Of a stretch of 64,000 nt of DNA, positions 51,613 through 61,277 are shown one piece after another. Every line of letters begins with the position of its first letter. The stretch's first letter is position 1. Under the pieces are notes generated by a model that was not told the DNA's origin, did no database searches, and worked only from the letters and a program-made list of their open reading frames with translations. Source of the stretch: Dimorphilus gyrociliatus (Eukaryota > Animalia > Annelida); the NCBI GenBank assembly GCA_904063045.1, contig CAJFCJ010000025.1:558001-622000 (forward strand), given 5' to 3'. Position numbers and translations under genes: made by a program.

Positions 51613-52422
51613 ATGGATTTCCAGCATAGAGCAGGAGGTAAAACGGGAAGCGGAGGAGTAGCTTCTTCATCCGAAACAAATAAGGACAGGCGAGAGCGTC
51701 TTCGATTATTGGCGTTGGAAACGATCGATTTGGCCAAGGATCCTTATTTTATGCAAAACCATCTTGGTACCTATGAGTGCAAACTATGTTTAACTTTACA
51801 CAACAACGAAGGAAGCTATTTGGCTCATACTCAAGGTACATACAGGCGTCAATTTAGTAGGTAATTACTATTTTAATATTTAAATAAAATACAGGAAAGA
51901 AACATCAAGCCAACTTGGCTAGAAGAGCAGCTAAAGAAGCAAAAGATGCTCCGGCAATGCCAACAACTGAAAAATCTCGGGTCGATATTAAAAGATTCGT
52001 TAAGATTGGTCGACCCGGTTATAAAGTGACCAAGCAGAGAGATCCAGAAACAGGCCAACAGTCGCTATTATTTCAGATAGATTATCCCGAGATTGTTGAA
52101 GGTGTAATACCTAGACATAGATTTATGGCAGCATACGAGCAGAGAATTGAACCTCCTGAGAAGAAATGGCAATATTTACTATTTGCAGCAGAACCTTACG
52201 AAACAATCGCTTTTAAAGTATTAATTTTAAAATATAACATTCATTGTCTCAATTAACGAAACCGTTTTAAAAACTTTATAGGTACCTAGTAGAGAAGTTG
52301 ACAAAGATCCTAGAAGATTTTGGACCCATTGGAATAAAGAAACAAAGCAGTTTTTCTTACAATTCGCCTTTAAAATGGATAAAGATAAAGGAATAGGAAT
52401 GTTACGAATAGCTCCTTATTGA
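51613..52422 (+). CDS. SF3A2: Splicing factor 3A subunit 2 (SAP62), 228 aa
   Basis: Exons 51613-51835, 51895-52217 and 52282-52422. MDFQHRAGGKTGSGG, matrin-type zinc finger ECKLCLTLHNNEGSYLAHTQGKKH, FVKIGRPGYKVTK, YLLFAAEPYETIAFKVPSRE. Confidence 0.98.
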
Positions 52423-52614
52423 ACAGAACAATAGTGATAAAACACAAATTTTTGTATTGTTCTTATTAAGATGAAATAATTTCAAGTCATCTCTGTATCT
52501 AAAAACTTTATTTAAACTAAGATTCTATTCTTCAGTTTTCTTTAATGTAAAAAAATAAATAATACAACGTTATTGTCAAGTGTTCTTTCTGTTTTCTGTT
52601 CCAATTTGTTTATT

Positions 52615-53614
52615 CTACAAGTCTCCAGTCATTATGGCCAAGAATTCTTCATAATTAATTTCACCGTCTCCATTTAGATCAAACTCTTCAATCATAGCAC
52701 GAAGTTCGTCGTCATTCATTGTTTCTTGTAGCTCTCTATAAATTGATAATACTATTAGAACGATTTTTGGAAAAGGCACGCTACTGTCTTATACCTTGCT
52801 ACCCTTCGAAGATTTCTCAAACTGATTGAACCTGTACCATCATCGTCAAATAGTTGAAAGGCTTTTCTAAATTCTTCCTGAGGATCTCTTTGTAGTATTA
52901 AGTCAGTCACTTTTTGAAGTAAAAAAATGTAAAAGATTGTATAGAGTTTATTAGAATGTTAAACAGACTGAATACTAACTGACTTCATTAAAATCTTGGA
53001 ATGATAATTTCCCTGAATTGTTACGATCGTAATCTTTCATAATTTTTAAAACTTCCTCTTTTTTCCCAGGGAATCCTAAAGCTTTCATTGCAGTCTAAAT
53101 ACACAAAACAGTCATTAGATGTTTTAATATAGTTCAGCAATATGCAAAAGAGATATTACTTTGCATTCGTAATAGTCTATATTATTATCATTATCCCCGT
53201 CAAACATGGAAAACGCTTCTTTTATTTCCTGCTTTTGTTCTTCGCTTAATTCTTTACGCTTTTTCTTCTTCAATTTTTCTAAAGTAATATCACCCCTATT
53301 AAAGAAACAAGTTTTACATCTCTGATAAAAGCTGAAAGCTAATTTTCAATTTTATATTACAATTTATAAACTTCATTTAAAAATTTGTTTTTATTATTCT
53401 TTTAATGTTTAGTTAAGAGTTTTTTTATATCCATATTTTGGGTATTTTTTATCGTTTTAGAGGGAAAAAAAAGTGCGGTATTTTTTTTCAGCGGTTTTAA
53501 CAACTAAGATAAAATGCATTTAAAAATGAAAAAAAAATTTAAATAACGACATATAAAAATATATTTTTTTTAAATGGTAAATCTAAAAGGTTCAATTTAC
53601 CTGGAGAAAGACAT
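52615..53614 (-). CDS. CETN3: Centrin-3 (four EF-hands)
   Basis: Micro first exon 53614-53601 (MSFSR), then [85 protein letters not shown]. Absent from the ORF track. Confidence 0.93.
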
Positions 53615-53865
53615 TTTTATTTGACGACAAGTTTCGACAGGATCTTTTAAATAAAATCGCTACGGATTGAGCGAAAAGTAGTTCTATATTATTATTTCTA
53701 AAAGATTTACTAAAAAATACTTTTTTTTAATATTTTTGAAATAAATAATATAGTAATAATATTCGAATTAAAAAAAATACCTAGCATTTTTACGACACAT
53801 CCCATAATTTCTCATACAACCATCCTTTCTTCCGGTGCGCAATATCCGCATTATATCTTCGCCTA

Positions 53866-53885
53866 GGAAAGTTCAGGAACTTTCC
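53866..53885. promoter_or_regulatory. Perfect four-unit heat shock element GGAAAGTTCAGGAACTTTCC
   Basis: nGAAn-nTTCn-nGAAn-nTTCn, ~175 bp upstream of the DnaJ ATG. Confidence 0.85.
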
Positions 53886-54061
53886 ATCGAAAAAGTCATC
53901 AATTCCAGCCGAGTTGTCGACTAAGAACATATACTATTCGCTGAAAACCATAAGAAACGATTGTAAGTTGTTAAAGGTTTACTTTAAAAGTCATAATTCC
54001 ATATATTTTGCCTTTTAAAACTGAATTTAAAAAAAGCGTGATTCTTCAGTAACGAAATATA

Positions 54062-55677
54062 ATGGTGAAAGAAACAAGATATTATGAAGTTTTAGGGGTT
54101 AACCCCACAGCTGGTGCAGATGAACTTAAGAGAGCTTATAGAAAATTAGCTTTAAAATACCATCCTGACAAAAACCCAGAAGAACCCGAAAAAGTAAGTC
54201 AGCCATGTTAATTTTATTACGCAAGTATGAAGGACTATTTATTCACCTCTGATTTTTTATTTTCATTTTCAAAAAATTTATAAATGAAACAAAAACGCAC
54301 ATATATAGAATGGTTTTTTAAAATATTCTTAAATTAATGGCTTCCGTTTTTAAAATTATTAAAATGATGCTTGTACATAAAATGCGTCGTAATTTTTCTT
54401 AAACCATACATGCCTCACTTTTTCCTATGAAATTTTCTCCCTTTATATGAATGAATGTTTTTTAGTTTAAATTGATAAGCCAAGCCTATGAAGTTTTGGC
54501 TGATCCTAAGAAACGTGAAATTTATGACAAATACGGCGAACAAGGTCTTAAAGAAGGAGCTGGTGGTGGCGGATTCTCATTCTCTTCACCTATGGACATT
54601 TTCGACATGTTCTTTGGTGGTGGTGGAGGTATGGGTAGAGGCAGACGAGGACCACAAAAAGGTAAAGATGTTTGTCACCAAATGAAAGTCAGCTTGGAAG
54701 ATTTGTACAATGGGGCCGTTAGGAAACTAGCACTGCAAAAAAATGTTATTTGTCCAAAATGCGACGGAGAAGGTGGTAAAAAAGGAGCTGTTCAATCATG
54801 CTCGAACTGTAAAGGAACTGGAATGCAGGTGAGTACAAGGGCAATAATCGTGTTTGAAAAGGTTTTCTAATTATCAAAAATTGGATTTCAGGTACGTATA
54901 CATCAACTTGCTCCAGGCATGGTTCAACAAATACAGTCGGTCTGTTCTGATTGCAATGGCGAAGGAGAAAGAATCAATCCAAGAGATAGATGTAAAAATT
55001 GCTCAGGCAAAAAAACTGTTAGGGAAAGAAAAATTTTAGAGGTACACGTTGATAAGGGAATGCAAGATGGCCAACAAATCCGTTTTGGAGGAGAAGGCGA
55101 TCAAGTACCTGGTCTAGAACCTGGAGATATTCTTATAGTGCTGGATGAAAAAGAGCATGAGACGTTTAAGGTAATTAATCTATTAAAAATAGTTTGTATT
55201 AAGCACCGGTATTAATGAGATTGTATTCAGCGCAAAAATATGGACCTGATTATGAACATGGAAATAGGAATTACTGAAGCCCTTTGTGGATTTCAAAGAG
55301 TTATTAAAACCTTAGATGATCGTAATATCGTCATCCAATCAATACCCGGAGAAGTTATCCGTCATTCTGACATAAAATGCATACCAGGAGAGGGAATGCC
55401 AAGACACCGAAATCCTTTCGAAAAAGGTCGTCTCATCATACAGTTCAGTGTTACCTTCCCGGATAACAGCTGGATTTCTTTGGATAGGTTGAAAGAATTG
55501 GAAAAACTACTACCTCCTAGGGAGGCTGTTACTGTTCCAATTGACGCTGAGGAATGCAATTTAATGCCTTTTGACGTACGACATGATAAACCTGGACAAA
55601 GTAGCAATGCTTATGATTCTGATGAGGACGAAATGGGTGGTGGACATGGACCAAAGGTTGCATGCGCTTCGCAGTAG
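54062..55677 (+). CDS. DNAJA1: Type I Hsp40 co-chaperone DNAJA1/2/4-like, ~406 aa
   Basis: Exons 54062-54193, 54466-54828, 54892-55170 and 55231-55677. J-domain HPD, G/F region, four CxxCxGxG repeats, CAAX box CASQ. Confidence 0.96.
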
Positions 55678-56202
55678 GCGATTTATGTTTTTTTCTTTAG
55701 AGCCGGGTTTAACATTTTCTAATGGTATATGATGATATTCATGCAACACTTAATTCTGAAGAGTTTTAGTAATACTATTGAAACTAAACCCCTCTGACAA
55801 GTTTCTTTGTTTCTCGAGGCAAATGTGTTACTAAATAATTGCTGTGAATGGAGTGTGCAATATCTTAATGTCTAACCCCGACTTAGGGAATTTTTTTCAT
55901 GCCGTGGAGTCATTGTATAACCGTGCTCATATTTGTTATTTCCCTCTGCACCCACATCGTTTGTATATAAGTTTTTGCTAAACAGATTCTCTCAAAAAAT
56001 CGGCCAGAGTCATACAACAGATTTGCTAAATACATCATTCCTAAATCAAAAAGCCTTTTTTTGAATTTATTTTCATATCTATAACAATTCATATGTAATA
56101 AGAAAATTCTGTATTTCAAAAACTATATCTAATTTTAAAAAAAATGTTGAAACGCATTCATATTCTCTATAAACCCATTGTGATTGATAGTATACTTGAG
56201 AT

Positions 56203-56980
56203 TCAATAATCTGGAAGAGGGGTCAATACTACTTTCATAAATTCCTTATATCTGAATAAAAGAAATGAATCATAAATATTGTGTTCATCACCAGGAAAAG
56301 CTTACTTAATAGGTTGACCCTTAGATACACCTGCTTCTTTGAAAATCTTGTCAACATCAGAGCCGCTCAGTCTTTCTCCAGTTGCCGTTAATAAATGATA
56401 AAAGTCATTGTAACTGATAGTTCCTGTTTGATTTTTATCAAAAGCTTTGAAGGCATTTAGTAAATCCTGCTGGCATTTTTCCTTTTCCATATGTTGATGT
56501 AAAACCTCAAGGAATGTTGCAAAATCGATTCGATTATCTGTATAAAGAAATAGAACAATGAGCAAACCGACACCACACCCCATGTTCACTTGATGACTAT
56601 CGATGAACATTAACCTTTTTCGTTTTTCTTAAAATATTGATCTATTTCGGTAATCGTTGGACTGAAACCAAGGGATCGCATCACAGTTGATAAAAGTTTC
56701 GTATCGGAAATAACTTTCTCTTTTGCATAGAAATAAAAGCAGTCACGAAATTCTGTAATTGTTTATAAAGATAATTATGAATCACAAAGGTATGTTGAAC
56801 ACCTGGGTGTGTCCTAATATGTAAGAATAATTACCTTCAATATCAGCTGCGCTAAAATATTTCGCTGCCTGTATTAAAAGATATTATTAAATTTTCATTA
56901 TCTCATAAAACTATATTAAATTTTAGCCGATTGAATTATTTGTTCAAAACGTTCAAAATTTTTGGAAGGTATCTTACCAT
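56203..56980 (-). CDS. CALML4: Calmodulin-like protein 4-like EF-hand protein
   Basis: ATG-only first exon (56980-56978), then AAKYFSAADIEEFRDCF, VMRSLGFSPT, IDFATFLEVLH, GERLSGSDVDKIFKEAG, terminal LTPLPDY. The pattern matches CALML4 better than calmodulin. Confidence 0.8.
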
Positions 56981-57376
56981 TTTTTCGATGTTCTTTCGTA
57001 AAATAGTATGGTTAGACTGGCTAGTCTTCCGTTTTTCTAGAAGCATCACGACTCATAAATAGATAACTATGACGTATATTAGAATTAACATTAGTGCGAA
57101 ATTTTGAATACTAATGTTGGTGTGCGATACATTTTTCTAGTTTACATGAAAACTTAATAATACAGTAGTGTTTTTAAAGAAACCTTTTACCAGAAACTTC
57201 ACAGACCTTCTGTTTGTTAATAAAACAAGAAAAAAGTGATAAACCAGTTGTTTTTAAATTCTTTCCAATTATTCCTAACACACTACTCATTATTTTGTTA
57301 AACGGCTTCAATAAATGGTGGCTAAATATAAAACAAGACGTTTTTTTAGACATATTTCAATAATATCCACAAAAGT

Positions 57377-57802
57377 TTATTCAGTATAAGGAAAGCCAGA
57401 AAACGATGGGTATCTAATCGAAGACTGTCTAACGGATCTAAACGTTGAACCGGGAAATGAAGAGAACACTGAGCTGTCCGTAGAACCTCTCGTTGAAATA
57501 GACGGTCGAAAAAAATTGTAAACAGGCAAAGTTGACAATTTTCTCGTATATTTCCTCTCTCTTTCTTTTAAAAACAGTACAGCCATAGTTATACTAAACA
57601 AGCTTGCGGATAGTCCAAACATAATTATTAGCGTTAATGTCCAATTGTAGAATTCTGATGATCTTAACGAATCTAAATGTACTGCAAACAAACAATATTA
57701 TATCATTAATGGATTAAAGCCTTTCATACGTATATTAAATTTTATCTCATTAGATTTCAAAATGAATAGAACACCTTTATAAAAAAGACCTTCTCTCTCC
57801 AT
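57377..57802 (-). CDS. Small single-pass membrane protein (~105 aa) with Ser/Arg/Tyr-rich tail
   Basis: Terminal exon from the acceptor at ~57683 encodes the TM WTLTLIIMFGLSASLFSITMAVLFL, then KERERK and the tail. Tentative first exon ATG 57802 (phase 1 donor). Confidence 0.55.
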
Positions 57803-58187
57803 TGTAAAAACTTAAAAAGAAAGAAAAACCGATTAACTGTTATGTTTAGGCTAAAAGTAAAAGTGAGTACTAAGTTGATTTTTTGTTATTAGTATTATAC
57901 ACTTGAAAGACGAAACGCATAAAACATATACAGGAACATATTTATAAGATAGTTCTCGTTTGCTAATTCATATAAAATAGTTTTCGAACAAGTGGCAACT
58001 CGAATAGAATGTTACATAATTGAACTATTTTTAGAAATGCTGAAACGTTAATTTATCCTCGCTTGATTTAGAATATATTAAGTATTAAAACGTCAAACTT
58101 TTAAAAATATTGTTACTTTTAAAAAATAAACTTAGCGTTTATAATTCATCTTAAGGGAAATTTTATGAATCCGACTCTTGCATTCTT

Positions 58188-59704
58188 CTATTTTCTTAGG
58201 CGGGGCAATTTTTTTGTCCCAAAAAAGAGACATATCAACAAGTAAGTTGGTATTGTTAAACCTAGAAAAACAATGGCTAATACGGGAGCATTAACGTCAT
58301 TTACTTTCTCTTCTCTACCTTCTTTTACTTCCAGTTTAAAATCATCCGAGTCAGAGTTGTTAAAACATTCTCTATAAAGGGCCGTTCTCAACATTAGGGA
58401 TTTTTTATATGATTTAAAAGAAATTTTCGAAAGAGGATATTCTTTACACTCGGATAGTTTGATGTAATACCCTTTCTTTGTTAAGTTGAAAAAACTGCTA
58501 AATTCTTTACCAATTTGACAATCTTTATCGATTGTTTCCGCATTTTCGTCTTCTATTTCCAAGATAACATTGGCATTTATCTTATCGCTTAAAATTCTAC
58601 AGTAAATGTATATATCCATTTCGTGAATGCATCTCTTTTTCAAGTGGAAATCAACATATTCCCTGAAAATGTTAATTGAATATATTAATTCATGGAAATT
58701 GACATATTAATTAAAATTGAACTATACGATAAGTCAAAAAATCTCTTCCAATTTTCTATCTTCTTATCATCTGAAAAATCAAAACGAAAATATCCGTTTA
58801 GATTAATAGTTGTATCTCTACTAAAAGTAAAGAATTCTGCCATCCTTTCAACTTGAAGGAAGATGGGAGTGGGAGAATTTCCCAATGACTATCAATGTTT
58901 TGAAAGTAGTAATTATTCAAATTTTTCGTCTATCAAAATCTTGTAGTAATAGCTAATCTATGCGATTAATTTGAATAATTCTATAAAGTTTTACATTCAT
59001 TTCAAATAGAGACTTAATATCCCATTTAAATTCATTTTTACATCTGTTCTGATCCAGAGCTAGTATGCAAGATTGTCCTCCAACATCAAAATCAATTTGC
59101 AAATCCCAAATTGTATTTCTTGCTTTTGTTAGGCAAAGTCTTGGAAGTTTTATGTTTGGGTCAGTGATAATGTAAATAGACGGCTCAACTCGTTTAGAGA
59201 AATAGGTCAGGTAGATATTGTAACAAAAATAAAAATTAAGGAAAGTATAAAAACTTCTTGAAGCGGTTGTCAGTTGGACATCGATGATGCTGTCAATTTC
59301 GTAAACAATTGTTTTATTACATATAAAATTCACTTGAACGTTATTCCCCAATACTACTTCAACCGTATTTATATAATACTTGGAAATTCCGCTGTTACAT
59401 AAGATTGTTTTCTGATCAGAATATTCTGAAGTTTTTCTAAAGAGAATAGAGAATGTTCGAAATTTAGAACGATGGAAAAAACACAACGTAATTTATTATG
59501 CTAATCACTTACTTTTCGAAGCACGTAAATTGTTTTGTATTAAATTTAACTGTCAAATTGGCTAGTTTATCGTAACAAAGTCTGAAAATTTACGTCGTAT
59601 AACAAACAGCTAATACATCCAAATATTTATGTTTTATAATAAATATACCCTCTATGAAGTTTGAAGATAATAAAAATATAAAGAAAAAATTCGAATGCGA
59701 ACAT
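58188..59704 (-). CDS. Orphan type I membrane protein (signal peptide, Cys-containing ectodomain, TM, short basic tail)
   Basis: Exon 59704-59649 MFAFEFFLYIFIIFKLHRG splices in phase to LCYDKLANLTV…; ORF blocks 59486-58953, 58885-58685 and 58643-58188; C-terminal APVLAIVFLGLTIPTYLLICLFFGTKKLPRLRK. Internal junctions not fully resolved. Confidence 0.6.
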
Positions 59705-60353
59705 TATTTTCACGCCATTAAAAAAAATTTCTGGTCCACTTTTCTTACTTTTATTGTCTTCTTTTGCTAAGAAGGTTTTTTATAAATGATTTATACAGTG
59801 AAATATCTTTATATTCTTCTTTTAAACTGAACTTATTAGTTCGTTCTATATTATAATTAAATCTTCAAATAGTTTGTTCACTCAAAATGTTTTCTAGTAG
59901 AAGTGTAAAATGTAATGATTATTTAAAAGAAAAGGTAAATATTTACAAGAGATTAAATTTCATTATTATCGCTTACTTTTAATAGAATAAAGAAAAACTA
60001 GAGTTTTTTAAAGTACATTCCACGTTCCGTAGTTTGTTTTTTTTTATACAAGACACGAATAGGTGCCATATTAATCTCGCCAAGTCTCACGAGAAGTCAT
60101 TCTATTTGACATTGTATAGACCACTCGGTAACTTTTTCAATTTTTATCAATTATATTTATGATATTAACTTAGGCTATTTCAAGTAAAGTATCAAACATA
60201 ATTTATTTTATGTAATTGTTAAATTTTTATTAATCATAAGTTCGTATTTTTTTCGTTTTAACAAACGTCGTCTGCAAGATCACTCAATGTCATGTTTTAA
60301 AGCGTAAATAGCTAAGAAAACAATCTTAAGTATTTAATTTCTATTGAACAGAT

Positions 60354-60659
60354 ATGTCCGCTGCAAGACCCCAATTAAGAGGATTATTAAAATCCCAATT
60401 GAAACGTGATTTCTCCATCGCCGCCGTTTTGTCTGTCGGAGCCGCCGTAATGTGGCAAGCTGTCGTTGTTCTACCAAGAAAAAGACGCTACGAAGCTTTC
60501 TTGACGTAAGTTGACTAATTTATATTATTAACGAAAGATTAAGTAATTTACTAAAATTGTAGAAATTTGGATGCCGACAAAGAATTTATCAGAATGAGGG
60601 AAGCTGGTGTCTTCCAGTCAGTCAAACCAGGCGGTGAAATCAATGATGAAGCTTGGTAA
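60354..60659 (+). CDS. COX6C: Cytochrome c oxidase subunit 6C, 82 aa
   Basis: Exons 60354-60505 and 60563-60659: RPQLRGLL…TM…PRKRRYEAF…FIRMREAGVFQS. Absent from the ORF track. Confidence 0.93.
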
Positions 60660-61277
60660 AATATGAAATCATAAAATTGTAACTAAAAGTATTTGGACGA
60701 GAATACATTTGTCACATTATTAATTTGAGACTTGTTTTCTTCTTCTCTATTTATTTTTGAGCATCAAAAGAAATTAACTAGGGGAAGGTCGTTGCTCTTA
60801 TTGCGTACGGATTTTAACAGATGAAAGAAGGATCATAATAAATTTCATTTATTTTAGCATATCCAATTATAGATACTGCTTTTATATACTGTAAACTATA
60901 TCAGTCTTATTTTACTGTACATAAATAGCAAAACAAAAGAAACAGAGAAAGATACAGACAAAATAAGCATTGTTTTCTCAATTTTACGTATATTCATATA
61001 TATCATTAAATTGCATTTAAAATTGAATTTCTCATTAAATTCTCGTTAGGAAATTAAAAACTTAAAAGTTCTAATTGGGAATAATCTCATAAAAAGAAAT
61101 ATATCAATAGAATTAAAATTATTAGATTCTTCTATACCTAAATCATATAGCTATCCCTAAAATTATTTACAATTAATATCATTTATATGTATATGTACAA
61201 TTCATTAAAACCTGATAATGCCCATAGAACCCAACACTTAGATATATCTTCTTTTTTTTGTAGTATAGTAAAATACA

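Noticed and set aside
54194-54465. Possible C/D snoRNA in DNAJA1 intron 1
   Set aside because: No canonical RTGATGA box C paired with CTGA box D and terminal stem.
56978-56980. ATG-only first exon of the CALML4-like gene
   Set aside because: A known conserved feature of calmodulin-family genes, not novel.
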